Notes: generated by a model from the sequence alone, not told the origin. 64,000 bases of DNA from Clostridia bacterium (GCA_045603585.1 JAZUMK010000012.1:5176-69175); one strand, 5' to 3'; shown: positions 30,297-39,890, counted from the stretch's first letter. A program made the numbers and translations.

Positions 30297-30617
30297 CTAT
30301 TCCTCCTCTTTACCTTTGCAGGAGCAGAAGGCATCCTCGGTTTCTGCAATGAGTCCCAGCTTTACGGGAGTCACGGGCAGACGGATGCTGCCGGGAAGGT
30401 ATCTGTCCACCGGCTGAGAATAATACTCGGACAGCATTCTTGCTATCATCTTGCGGCAGGTACGTCCCTGACAGAAGCCCATTCCCGCGCGGGTGCGCTT
30501 CTTTATGGAATCCAGAGAGTTTGCACCCTCTCTCATTGCCTGAAGTATCTCTTCTTTGGATACTTCTTCGCAGCGGCAAACAACTTCGCGGGGAGTCTTT
30601 ACTTCATGCTGTTCCAT
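30297..30617 (-). CDS. BFD-like [2Fe-2S] protein (SoxA/HcnB C-terminal-like)
   Basis: VCRCEEV...KKRTRAGMGFCQGRTC...RLPV; own AAGGAGG RBS. Confidence 0.85.
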   Translation of the reverse strand: MEQHEVKTPREVVCRCEEVSKEEILQAMREGANSLDSIKKRTRAGMGFCQGRTCRKMIARMLSEYYSQPVDRYLPGSIRLPVTPVKLGLIAETEDAFCSCKGKEEE

Positions 30618-31684
30618 ACGGCCTCCTTAGCAAGCCTTCTGCGTTCGCCGAAAGGACCGGTGCGCAGAGTATTGAGCCTGTTGAGTATAGTCTGGCGGGC
30701 TTCGGCATACTGGTTATCTGTAAGATAGCCCAGCCTGTATGCGGCGCAGGTGCCGGCAAGACGGCCCTCGTCAAGGGCAGTGCTGGCTTCTTCGATGCCA
30801 GCGGCATCGCCTGCGACCAGAATGCGCTCATCGCTGGTTTCAAGGTCTGCGGTGTGGGCTGGGATCACGCCGCCCAAAGGTGCGGAATTGATAAGCTTGC
30901 AGCCGCTTACGTCGGCGATTTCGATTCTGGGAGTAAGACCTACCGCAAGGGCGACCGTATCGCATTCAATGGTTTCTTCGGTGCCGGGGATGGGGCAGAA
31001 CTTTTCATCCAGCTTTGCAATGACCACACGCTCAACGCATCCGTCGCCTTCAGCCCTGAGTACGGTGTGGGAGGTGAGGACCGGTACGCCTGCCCTCTTT
31101 ACCTTGGCGGCGTGAACGGCATATCCGTTTATTCTGGGAGCGGCTTCAAGTATGCAGGCAACATCCGCGCCTGCCTGAAGCAGCTGATATGTAACAATGA
31201 GGCCAACGTTGCCGGAGCCCACAACCACAAACCTGTTGCCGGGCAGAACGTGCTGCACGTTCATGAAGGTCTGGGCTGCGCCTGCGGTGATAACGCCGGG
31301 CAGAGTGCATCCGGGGAAGCTGAGGGCGTTCTCGGAGGCGCCTGTTGCAAGTACAATGCGCTTTGCATTGAAATGCCAGCTCTGCTTTTCATCGGTGGCG
31401 GCAACGCTACCATCGGGATAAATACCCCAAACGCGGGTATTGAGGCGGGTCTCTACGCCAAGGCTTGCAGCCTCGTCCAGCAGCATCTGGCCTATGGCAA
31501 AGCCGCGGGTACCGGCATAGTGCTCCTCGGAACCGAAAAATTTATGTATCTGCTTGAACAGCTGTCCGCCGGGACGGCTGTTTTCATCCAACAGCAGCAC
31601 GCTTGCGCCGTGGCGGCGTGCCTCTATTGCAGCGCCGAGACCGGCAGGGCCTGCGCCTATGACAATTACGTCGTAGCTATTCAT
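30599..31684 (-). CDS. FAD/NAD(P) oxidoreductase (HcnB / sarcosine oxidase alpha-like)
   Basis: GAGPAG, GGQLFKQIH, LATGASE, GSGNVG, AGDAAG; start at MNSYD (31684). Confidence 0.85.
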   Translation of the reverse strand: MNSYDVIVIGAGPAGLGAAIEARRHGASVLLLDENSRPGGQLFKQIHKFFGSEEHYAGTRGFAIGQMLLDEAASLGVETRLNTRVWGIYPDGSVAATDEKQSWHFNAKRIVLATGASENALSFPGCTLPGVITAGAAQTFMNVQHVLPGNRFVVVGSGNVGLIVTYQLLQAGADVACILEAAPRINGYAVHAAKVKRAGVPVLTSHTVLRAEGDGCVERVVIAKLDEKFCPIPGTEETIECDTVALAVGLTPRIEIADVSGCKLINSAPLGGVIPAHTADLETSDERILVAGDAAGIEEASTALDEGRLAGTCAAYRLGYLTDNQYAEARQTILNRLNTLRTGPFGERRRLAKEAVWNSMK

Positions 31685-31997
31685 TGGTTTCCTCCCCGGC
31701 GCCAAGGCCTTCCTGAGTTCTGACCACCATTCCGGGCTTGGCAATGGTCATGCATGCGCGGACGTTCATAACGCCGTCTATCTCCATGATGCAGTCTGTG
31801 CACTGGCCGATGCCGCAGAAAATACCTCTGGGCTCATGGTGCTTTGCAGTGTGCCTGAAGGTCCTTATCCCATTGGCCATCAGCGCAGCCGCCACAGTTT
31901 CGCCTTCCCGCGCAGTAACCTCCCTGCCATCCATCGTAAAGGTGAATACGGGAGCTTCGGGTATGCTCAATATCGGATGTTGGGTTATCCTGTGCAT
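31677..31997 (-). CDS. [2Fe-2S] protein (HcnA / sarcosine oxidase alpha N-terminal-like)
   Basis: GETVAAAL, RGIFCGIGQCTDC, NVRAC. Confidence 0.88.
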   Translation of the reverse strand: MHRITQHPILSIPEAPVFTFTMDGREVTAREGETVAAALMANGIRTFRHTAKHHEPRGIFCGIGQCTDCIMEIDGVMNVRACMTIAKPGMVVRTQEGLGAGEETNE

Positions 31998-32137
31998 AGC
32001 GATAATACCTTCCTTTTTGTAATGTATTTAAAAAAATTTTGTATGAATCGTGCAGAGAAATGCCATTGCGCTGTTACTCAGTTTGAATTATACATGATTT
32101 TTTAGACATATACAGCCCTATACGGATAAAAACACAA

Positions 32138-32156
32138 AACTTGCACAAATGTGCTG
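32138..32156. promoter_or_regulatory. Candidate operator, copy 1
   Basis: AACTTGCACAAATGTG (32138-32153) is identical to 51666-51681; pseudo-palindrome TTGCACA-aa-TGTG. Confidence 0.6.
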
Positions 32157-32287
32157 ATGATTTTACTGTACATGTCCACCGTAAAGAGGTTAAAATGTTT
32201 ATATGAAAAGTGCGGCATATCTAAAACCGCACCATGACGTATTTCATATCTAAATACGCAAAACACATCATCAAGGAGGAAAACATT

Positions 32288-32992
32288 GTGAAGAAGTTTT
32301 TTGCTACCCTGCTGGTTCTGGTAATGGCTCTGTCCCTGGTAGCCTGCGCCGCCCCCGCCGCTGAGGAAGCCCCCGCTGTTGAGGAAGCTCCCGCTGTTGA
32401 AGAAGCCCCCGCTGAGGAAGCCGCTGTTGAAGAAGCTCCCGCAGCTGATGGCGTAAACCGCATCATCGTATGGAACACCGCTATTGCTGACCTGACCAGC
32501 AGCGAACAGCCCCGCGGCGCCGAGACCCGCGTAGCTTATGCATTCGCCGATGTAGTAGCCAAGTGCGAAGTAGCCGGCACCGAGCCCTGCCAGGTAATCG
32601 GTTCTGACGGCTATGCTGCAGACGAAATGTATGACGACCTTATGCAGAAGTACTTCACCCTGGAAGGCGAATCCGCTCCCATCGTAGTTGGCGAAGCACA
32701 GGATCCCGACTGGGCAGTTTGGGAAGTAGCTTATGTTCGCGTAGGCAGCGATGTTATGATGGCCTGCGTTAAGGACGAGTATCCCGTTGCTGACGTATTT
32801 GCCGCTGTAGGCATGGCCGAAGCTGACAGCTACGACTTCGTATGCGCCGACGGTTATGTTCACAACGTTCTTGCCAGCGAGATCGCTGAGTGCACCGTAA
32901 AGCTGATGGAGGATGGCGGTTATGATGGAACCGCTCCCGGTCTGGGCGACTACACCCTCTATGATCTGCTCTACATCCAGCCCGCTGCTTAA
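32288..32992 (+). CDS. Acidic lipoprotein with an internally duplicated xDGY module
   Basis: AAGGAGG RBS, GTG at 32288, lipobox LVAC, EEAPAV linker, two segments ADV...(GS/CA)DGY. Confidence 0.8.
   Translation: MKKFFATLLVLVMALSLVACAAPAAEEAPAVEEAPAVEEAPAEEAAVEEAPAADGVNRIIVWNTAIADLTSSEQPRGAETRVAYAFADVVAKCEVAGTEPCQVIGSDGYAADEMYDDLMQKYFTLEGESAPIVVGEAQDPDWAVWEVAYVRVGSDVMMACVKDEYPVADVFAAVGMAEADSYDFVCADGYVHNVLASEIAECTVKLMEDGGYDGTAPGLGDYTLYDLLYIQPAA
32360..32443 (+). repeat. Imperfect in-frame tandem repeat (15-18 bp units) encoding an EEAPAV linker
   Basis: GAGGAAGCCCCCGCTGTT / GAGGAAGCTCCCGCTGTT / GAAGAAGCCCCCGCT..., about 5 units. Confidence 0.8.
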
Positions 32993-33016
32993 TTATCCGC
33001 TTTAGCTAAAATCAAG

Positions 33017-33057
33017 ATTTGGCTGATGTGGCTCATGCCACATCGGCCAAATTTATT
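33017..33057 (+). terminator. Terminator after the lipoprotein gene
   Basis: ATTTGGCTGATGTGGC-tcat-GCCACATCGGCCAAAT followed by TTATT. Confidence 0.75.
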
Positions 33058-33507
33058 AATTCCACCAGCTATTATTTTTATCGAATATCTCAGGTTTCAG
33101 CTTTTCACTATTTTCGCCATGCGGAAACGCGCATGAAAAAACGCCGTTTCCCCACGTCGCGTCACCTATCCTGAAAAATACGAAAAAACACTGATAAACA
33201 GGGGTATTTCCCGCAAAACCCAACACATTGCATCAACCGAAATCAAGTTATCCGTATATCATATTCCACCAACATAAGTTTTAAGGCTGTACTGCAGCCA
33301 AGGCACTCCGCCCCCCGTCACACGCTGACATACGGGGCAGCTGATCCCGAAAATGACTGCCGCACACGCAAATTCAAGGCAGACATTATAAAATTAAACC
33401 GGCTAAAAGCAAACACCGGCCGCCTGCAAGCCAGCTTTTTTGCAGATACGGAAAAAGTAAGCGAAATAACAAATTTCAACAACATTATTGTCAACGGAGG
33501 AAAGACT

Positions 33508-34485
33508 ATGGCATTGAGCAAAGAAAGACTTCTCGGCCTGTACCGCGACATGGTTTTGATCCGCAAGTTTGAGGATTGCATCCAGGAATACGCGGCAAAC
33601 GGCACCGTTCCCGGCTTCGTGCACCTGTCCACCGGCCAGGAAGCCTGTCAGGCCGGCGTGGTACGCGCACTTCGCACCACCGACTACAAATACCCCGATC
33701 ATCGCGGACACGGCGCTATCCTGCTGTGCGGCACTGATCCCAAGCTGGTAATGGCCGAAATATTCGGCAAGGCCACCGGCGTAAACGGCGGACGCGGCGG
33801 TTCAATGCATATCCATGACTGGTCCTGCCATAATCACGGCTTCAACGGCATTCAGGGTTCCACCGTGGTTACCGCTCTGGGTACTGCTTTTGCCTCCAGA
33901 TATAAGAATAACGACGACGTATCCGTAGTCTTCATGGGCGACGGTACTCTGGGCGAAGGTACCTGCCACGAGAGCATGAACCTGGCAGCAACCTGGAAGC
34001 TCCCCGTAGTATATGCCCTCATCAACAACGGCTATGCCATCAGCACCCCCTGCTCCGTAGCTCATCCCCAGGAAGAGCTGAGGCAGTGGGCAGACGGTTA
34101 CGGCGTTCCCTCCTGGCGAATTGACGGCAACGATATCGAAGCCGTTGTGGAAGCCACCGAAAAGGCCGTAGAAATGGCCCGCAAGGGCGAAGGCCCCTCC
34201 CTGCTGGAGTTCGTTACCTACCGCTGGCAGGGTCACTTCGCAGGCGACCCCGCTGCTTACCGTCCCAAGGAAGAGATGGAATACTGGAAGAAGCGCGATC
34301 CCATCGTCCTCTGCGCCAATGTGCTTAAGGACAGGGAAGGCGTAAGCGAAGATGAGCTGAAGGCCATCGAAGCCGACGTTGACGCACAGGTTGCGGATAT
34401 GCTCAAGTTCACCCTTGAGAGCCCCTTGCCCGATGTTTCCAGCGCAACCAGCCATGTTTATGAAGGATTCAACTGGGAGGTATAA
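33508..34485 (+). CDS. TPP-dependent 2-oxoacid/acetoin dehydrogenase E1 alpha
   Basis: GFVHLSTGQEA, HRGHG, GRGGSMH, GDG...NN TPP motif, TYRxxGH. Confidence 0.92.
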   Translation: MALSKERLLGLYRDMVLIRKFEDCIQEYAANGTVPGFVHLSTGQEACQAGVVRALRTTDYKYPDHRGHGAILLCGTDPKLVMAEIFGKATGVNGGRGGSMHIHDWSCHNHGFNGIQGSTVVTALGTAFASRYKNNDDVSVVFMGDGTLGEGTCHESMNLAATWKLPVVYALINNGYAISTPCSVAHPQEELRQWADGYGVPSWRIDGNDIEAVVEATEKAVEMARKGEGPSLLEFVTYRWQGHFAGDPAAYRPKEEMEYWKKRDPIVLCANVLKDREGVSEDELKAIEADVDAQVADMLKFTLESPLPDVSSATSHVYEGFNWEV

Positions 34486-34488
34486 CCA

Positions 34489-35466
34489 ATGAGCAGAATA
34501 CTTACCTACACCAAGGCCATCAACGAGGCCATGATTCAGGAAATGGAGCGCGACGAAAACGTATTCGTGCTGGGCGAAGACGTTGCCCGCATGGGCGGTG
34601 ACTTTGGTCTTACCCAGGGCATCTATCAGCGCTGGCCCAATCGTATCTTTGATACCGCCCTGTCCGAGGCCGCTATCGTAGGCCTTGCAAACGGCGCGGC
34701 CATCGCAGGCCTCCGTCCCGTTGCCGAAATGATGTTCGCAGACTTTGCCGGCGTTGCTTTCGACCAGATCGTAAACAGCTCCGCCAAGCTGAACTTCATG
34801 TTCCAGGAAGAGGCAAACTGCCCCGTTACCATCCGCATGCCCCAGGGCGCCGGCATCCGCTGCGCTTATCATCACAGCGCCTGCGTTGAGAGCTGGTTCC
34901 TCAACACCCCCGGTCTTGTAATCGTATCCCCCGCCAATCCCTACGAGGCAAAGGGCCTGCTGATCTCCGCAATCCGCAGCGATGACCCCGTGCTCTTCCT
35001 TGAGCACAAGATGCTGCTGAATGCCCGCGGCGAAGTACCCGAAGAGCCCTACGCTCTCCCCCTGGGCAAAGGCGTAATAGAAAAAGAAGGCAAGGATGTT
35101 ACCATCGTTGCCCTGCAGATAACCGTAGGCATGGCTCTCAAGGCTGCCAAGGCTCTGGAAAAGGAAGGCATCAACGCAGAGGTAATCAACCTGCGTACCA
35201 TCAAGCCCTACGATGAGCAGCTCATCGCCGAATCCGTTGCCAAGACCGGCCGTCTGGTAATCGCTCAGGAAGGCCCCAAGGTTGGCGGCTGGGCATCCGA
35301 GATCAGCGCCATGGTAACCGAAAAGTACTTCGAGTATCTGGCTGCTCCCGTAGAGAGAGTGACCTGCCTCGATATCCCCGTATCCTTCGCTCCCACTCTG
35401 GAGGATTACTACATGCTGAGCCCTGAAGATATCGTCTCCGCGGTCAAGAAGACCGTAGCATTCTAA
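34489..35466 (+). CDS. 2-oxoacid/acetoin dehydrogenase E1 beta
   Basis: LGEDV, DTALSE, EMMFADF, HHS, FLEHK, VAKTGR. Confidence 0.92.
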   Translation: MSRILTYTKAINEAMIQEMERDENVFVLGEDVARMGGDFGLTQGIYQRWPNRIFDTALSEAAIVGLANGAAIAGLRPVAEMMFADFAGVAFDQIVNSSAKLNFMFQEEANCPVTIRMPQGAGIRCAYHHSACVESWFLNTPGLVIVSPANPYEAKGLLISAIRSDDPVLFLEHKMLLNARGEVPEEPYALPLGKGVIEKEGKDVTIVALQITVGMALKAAKALEKEGINAEVINLRTIKPYDEQLIAESVAKTGRLVIAQEGPKVGGWASEISAMVTEKYFEYLAAPVERVTCLDIPVSFAPTLEDYYMLSPEDIVSAVKKTVAF

Positions 35467-35480
35467 AGGAGGCTTTGTCT

Positions 35481-37127
35481 ATGGCTGTTATTGAAGTAAT
35501 GCCCAAATTCGGGCTCTCTATGGAGGAAGGCATAGTAGGCGAATGGCTGGTAAAGGAAGGCGCAACCGTTAAGCGCGGCGATGCCCTTGCCGTTATCGAA
35601 GCCGAAAAGCTGGTCAACAATGCCGTAGCCTCCCGTGACGGCGTAGTGCTCAAGTGCTACCTTGCAGCAGGCGAATCCGCTCCCTGCGGCTCTCCCCTCT
35701 GCGTCATAGGCGATGCAGGCGAAGCAGTTCCCGATGCAGCAGGCGAAGCTCCCGCCAAGGAAGAAGCCCCCGCTGCAGCCCCTGCCGCCGCTCCCGCTGC
35801 TCCTGCCGCTTCCGACAGCAATGCCACCATCGAAGTAATGCCCAAGTTCGGCCTTTCCATGGAAGAAGGCATAGTTGGCGAATGGCTGGTAAAGGAAGGC
35901 GCAGCCGTTAAGCGCGGCGACGCTCTTGCAGTTATCGAAGCTGAAAAGCTCACCAATAACGCTGTTGCTTCCCGCGACGGCATAGTGCTCAAGCTGTACC
36001 TTGCAGAAGGCGACTCTGCTCCCTGCGGCTCTCCCCTTTGCGCCATAGGCGAAGAGGGTGACGTTGCTCCCGCAGCTCCCGGCGAAGCCCCCGCTGCCGA
36101 AGCAGCTCCCGCACCCGCAGCTGCTCCTGCCGCTGCCCCCGCTCCCGTTGTTCAGGCCGCCATGACCCCCCGCGCTGCCGCAGCTGCCGCCGCTCACGGC
36201 GTAAACGTTGCAGGCGTTAAGGGCACCGGCAAGGACGGCGAGATCACCGTTGACGATGTACGCTTTGCAGCATCTCACCCCGCTGCAGCTCCTGCCGTTC
36301 CCGCAGGTCCCGTAAGCATCACTCCCAGAGCAAAGATGATGGCTGCCAAGCTGGGCCTCAGCTATGACCACATCGTAGGCACCGGCCTGCTGGGCATGGT
36401 AACCGTTGCCGACCTTAAGGCACACGGCAAGGCCATCCAGCTGCAGGATGAGATCATCCCCATGAACGGCATACAGCGCGCGACCGCAGCCGCCATGAAG
36501 GCCAGCCTTGCAAATTCCGCTCAGGCAGTGGTAACCATCGAAGAGTCCTTCGCTCCCATGGTAAAGGCATACAAGCGCCTCAAGCCCGTTTATGCCGAGA
36601 AGGGCCTCAAGCTCAGCTACACCGCAATGATCATAAAGGCCGTTGCCCTTGCCATCAAGGACAGGCCGGACATCCGCATGCAGTACATGGATGCATCCCA
36701 CTTCCGCCTCCCCGCCGCCATCAATATCGGCGTTGCCGTGGATACTCCCAAGGGACTGGTCGTGCCTGTCATCCGCAATGCTGACGTAAAAACTCTTGGC
36801 GAAATCTGCAAGGACCTTGCGGAGCTTTCCGCAAAGGCAAACGCAGGCCGCCTTACCGCCGATGATATGGGCAACGCAGTGACCACCGTTACCAATCTGG
36901 CAATGGCCAACGTCACCGCCTTCACCCCCATCCTCAATCCCCCCGAGTCCACTATTCTCGGCGTTTGCAAGCTGAGGGAAGTACCCGTAGTCAAGAACGG
37001 CGGCATATTCATCGAGCCCGTTATGAACCTCTGTCTCACCTATGACCACAGGGTAATCAACGGCGCACCTGCAGGACGCTTCACCACCGAAGTTGCCAAC
37101 CTGCTCAATACCATTGACTGGCAGTAA
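35481..37127 (+). CDS. Dihydrolipoamide acyltransferase E2 (two lipoyl and two E3-binding domains)
   Basis: Duplicated MPKFGLSMEEG...EAEKL, two PR..GTG..G binding domains, catalytic DHRVING. Confidence 0.92.
   Translation: MAVIEVMPKFGLSMEEGIVGEWLVKEGATVKRGDALAVIEAEKLVNNAVASRDGVVLKCYLAAGESAPCGSPLCVIGDAGEAVPDAAGEAPAKEEAPAAAPAAAPAAPAASDSNATIEVMPKFGLSMEEGIVGEWLVKEGAAVKRGDALAVIEAEKLTNNAVASRDGIVLKLYLAEGDSAPCGSPLCAIGEEGDVAPAAPGEAPAAEAAPAPAAAPAAAPAPVVQAAMTPRAAAAAAAHGVNVAGVKGTGKDGEITVDDVRFAASHPAAAPAVPAGPVSITPRAKMMAAKLGLSYDHIVGTGLLGMVTVADLKAHGKAIQLQDEIIPMNGIQRATAAAMKASLANSAQAVVTIEESFAPMVKAYKRLKPVYAEKGLKLSYTAMIIKAVALAIKDRPDIRMQYMDASHFRLPAAINIGVAVDTPKGLVVPVIRNADVKTLGEICKDLAELSAKANAGRLTADDMGNAVTTVTNLAMANVTAFTPILNPPESTILGVCKLREVPVVKNGGIFIEPVMNLCLTYDHRVINGAPAGRFTTEVANLLNTIDWQ
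35493..36061 (+). repeat. Near-identical intragenic duplication of the lipoyl domain (339-bp offset)
   Basis: GAAGTAATGCCCAA(A/G)TTCGG at 35493 and 35832; the two protein copies differ at only a few residues. Confidence 0.85.
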
Positions 37128-37144
37128 TTCATGGAGGATCTGCA

Positions 37145-38539
37145 ATGCATTTCGACATTATCGTAATAGGCGGCGGCCCCGGTGGTTATGTAACCGCCAT
37201 CCGCGCCGCACAGCTGGGCAAAAACGTTGCCCTTATAGAGCGTGAAAGAGTTGGCGGCACCTGCCTGAACCACGGCTGCATCCCCACCAAGACCCTGTAT
37301 CGTTCCGCAGAGGTCATGAATATCATCGCCGAAGCTGAAAAGTACGGCGTTGCCGCAGCTGCCGCTTCCGTTTCCGCTGAAGGCGTACGCGCCCGCAAGG
37401 AACAGGTAGTTAACCAGCTTACCTCCGGCGTTGCTTCCCTGCTGAAGGGCAATGGCGTAACCGTTATCACCGGCGAAGCCTCCATCGGCAAGGACAAGAC
37501 CGTTACCGCAGCAGGCGAAAGCTACACTGCCGACCACATCATCATCGCGACCGGCAGCAAGACCGCCCGCCTCCCCGTTCCCGGCATTGACCTGCCCGGC
37601 GTAATGGGCAGCACCGAAGCTCTGGCTCTGGAAGAGATCCCCCAGAGCCTGGTAATCATCGGCGGCGGCGTTATCGGCGTGGAAATGGCCGGTATTTACA
37701 AGGCATTCGGCTCCGAGGTAACCATCGTTGAATTCCTTCCCGCAGTGCTGTCCACTCTGGATGGCGAGCTGTCCAAGTTTGCCGCAAAGCGCCTTGCCGC
37801 TCAGGGCATAAAGGTTCTCACCGGCGCCAAGGTCACCTCCATCGAGGGCGACAAGGGCAACATGGTAGTTACCGCCGAAACCGGCGAAGGCACCGTTGCC
37901 ATCCCCTGCACCCACGTTCTCAACGGCGCAGGCCGTACCCCTTGCATCGACGGTCTCGGCATTGAAGAAGCCGGCATCGAAATGGATGGCAGAAAGATAA
38001 AGGTAGACGAAAACTACCGCACCAACGTTCCCGGCATCTATGCCATCGGCGATGTTATAGGCGGCGCAATGCTGGCACACGTAGCATCCGACGAAGGCCG
38101 CGTATGCGTAGAGCGCATCTGCGGAATGAGCACCTACGTGGATTACGACATCATCCCCGCCTGCGTATTCGCCTTCCCCGAGCTTGCAAGCGTGGGCAAG
38201 ACCGAAGAGCAGCTCAAGGCCGAGGATGTTAAATACAACGCAGCCCGCTTTGCCTTTTCCGGCAACGGCAAGGCCCTGAGCCTTGGCGAAACCGAGGGTC
38301 TCGTAAAGATAATCGCTTCCGAGGATCTCCGCTCCATTCTGGGCGTACACATCGCAGGTCCCCACGCAAGCGACCTTATCCATGAGGCCGTAATCGCCAT
38401 GAAGAGCATGCTCACCGTTGAGGAAGCCGCTCATACCATGCACGCACATCCCAGCCTTGCCGAGGCATTCATGGAGTGCATGCAGCGCCTTATCGGCGAA
38501 GCGATCCACGTTCCCCCTGCAAGACGCCGCGCCAAATAA
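37145..38539 (+). CDS. lpdA: Dihydrolipoyl dehydrogenase E3
   Basis: GGGPGGY, GGTCLNHGCIP, GGGVIG, HAHPSLAE. Confidence 0.95.
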   Translation: MHFDIIVIGGGPGGYVTAIRAAQLGKNVALIERERVGGTCLNHGCIPTKTLYRSAEVMNIIAEAEKYGVAAAAASVSAEGVRARKEQVVNQLTSGVASLLKGNGVTVITGEASIGKDKTVTAAGESYTADHIIIATGSKTARLPVPGIDLPGVMGSTEALALEEIPQSLVIIGGGVIGVEMAGIYKAFGSEVTIVEFLPAVLSTLDGELSKFAAKRLAAQGIKVLTGAKVTSIEGDKGNMVVTAETGEGTVAIPCTHVLNGAGRTPCIDGLGIEEAGIEMDGRKIKVDENYRTNVPGIYAIGDVIGGAMLAHVASDEGRVCVERICGMSTYVDYDIIPACVFAFPELASVGKTEEQLKAEDVKYNAARFAFSGNGKALSLGETEGLVKIIASEDLRSILGVHIAGPHASDLIHEAVIAMKSMLTVEEAAHTMHAHPSLAEAFMECMQRLIGEAIHVPPARRRAK

Positions 38540-38567
38540 TACGCAACCCCAAACAGGAGGTTTTACT

Positions 38568-39878
38568 ATGCAGCGTACAGTAATTCACGGCGGATACCTT
38601 ATGACCCGCAACGGCATAGTTGCCGACAGCGGCGTTATAATCGAAGGAAACCGCATTGCAGCCGCAGGCCCAAACGCCTCTCTCCTTCCCAATGAAGGGG
38701 ACACGGTGATCGATGCTACGGATAAGCTCATTGCTCCCGGCTTTATAAACGGCCATAACCATATGTACGGCATGCTGTCCCACGGCATAACCGTAGAGGC
38801 GCTGGTAACCGAATTTTCCAGCTTCCTTGAGGATTTCTGGTGGCCCTACGTTGAAAACAGGGTAGACCACGATCTGGTCCGCACCACCGCCGCATGGAAC
38901 ATGGTGGAAATGATCGACAGCGGTGTTACCTGCTTCTGCGACATTCTGGAAGCGCCCAACTCCATTCCCGGCGCACTGGAGATCGCAGCGGAAGTGACCG
39001 AGGCCGCCGGTCTCAGAGGCGTTCTCTGCTTCGAAGCCTGCTGCCGCATCAGCGAGGAAAACGGCGCGCTGGGTCTTAAGGAAAACGCTGATTTTATCCG
39101 CAGCCACAATAAGCCCGATTCCACCGTTACCGGCATAATGAGCATACACACCCTGTTCACCTGCCCCGAGGACTATGTTTCCGAGGCAAAGGCCATGGCT
39201 AAGGAACTGGGCGCGGATATCCACATGCATCTCTCCGAGAGCGTTTTCGAACCCACCTGGGTCAAGGAGCATCTCAACAGCACCCCGGTTGAAGTTTACG
39301 ACAAGCTGGGCTACCTTGACGATAAGGTCATCGCCTCCCAGTGCGTACAGCTCAGCCCCGATGAGCTGAAGCTCCTTGCAAAGCGCGGCGTACGCGCAGT
39401 ACACATGCCCCTGTCCAACTGCGAGGTCGGCGGCGGCGTAGCCCCTGTAAGCGATATGCTGGAGCTGGGCATGAAGGTGGGCCTTGGCTCCGACGGCTAT
39501 ATAAACAACTTCTTCGAAATAATGCGCGGAGCATTCCTCATCCCCAAAGCCCATTGGCAGTCCACCACCATAATGCCTGCAAAGGCAGTATATGAACTGG
39601 CCACATGGCGCGGCGCCGAAGCCCTGGGCATTCAGGCCGGCGCCCTGGAAGAGGGACTCCTTGCAGACCTGATCACAATTGATCTGGATACGCCCACCCC
39701 CATCAATCCGGACAATGTATACGATCAGCTGGTACTTTTCCGCAATCCCCAGAACGTTTGCGATGTAATGGTAAACGGCCGCTTCCTCAAGCGCGACCAT
39801 ACCCTGCTCACCGTGGACATACCCAAAGCAAAATCAGACCTCAGGGATGCTGCTCAGCGTTTCTGGTCGGGAAATTAA
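38568..39878 (+). CDS. Amidohydrolase (SsnA / MTA-SAH deaminase-like), copy 1
   Basis: PGFINGHNH, SGVT, HTLF, HLSE, PLSN, GLGSDG; ATG at 38568 after GGAGG. Confidence 0.85.
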   Translation: MQRTVIHGGYLMTRNGIVADSGVIIEGNRIAAAGPNASLLPNEGDTVIDATDKLIAPGFINGHNHMYGMLSHGITVEALVTEFSSFLEDFWWPYVENRVDHDLVRTTAAWNMVEMIDSGVTCFCDILEAPNSIPGALEIAAEVTEAAGLRGVLCFEACCRISEENGALGLKENADFIRSHNKPDSTVTGIMSIHTLFTCPEDYVSEAKAMAKELGADIHMHLSESVFEPTWVKEHLNSTPVEVYDKLGYLDDKVIASQCVQLSPDELKLLAKRGVRAVHMPLSNCEVGGGVAPVSDMLELGMKVGLGSDGYINNFFEIMRGAFLIPKAHWQSTTIMPAKAVYELATWRGAEALGIQAGALEEGLLADLITIDLDTPTPINPDNVYDQLVLFRNPQNVCDVMVNGRFLKRDHTLLTVDIPKAKSDLRDAAQRFWSGN

Positions 39879-39890
39879 GGAGAAAAGAAA

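Noticed and set aside
30599-30617. Frameshift splitting an HcnB-like gene from its BFD domain
   Set aside because: The downstream ORF has its own AAGGAGG RBS and ATG, consistent with a natural overlapping gene pair.
29877-31997. Hydrogen cyanide synthase
   Set aside because: The similarity is only at the family level and is shared with opine, sarcosine and proline dehydrogenases. The catabolic context gives no support for cyanogenesis.
32360-32443. Tandem repeats as a possible CRISPR array
   Set aside because: The units are in-frame, have no unique spacers and encode an Ala/Pro/Glu lipoprotein linker; no cas genes are present.
37045-37066. E2 catalytic motif DHRVING (Asn instead of Asp) as a sign of inactivation
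   Set aside because: The Asn variant occurs in active E2 enzymes such as Azotobacter vinelandii E2p.
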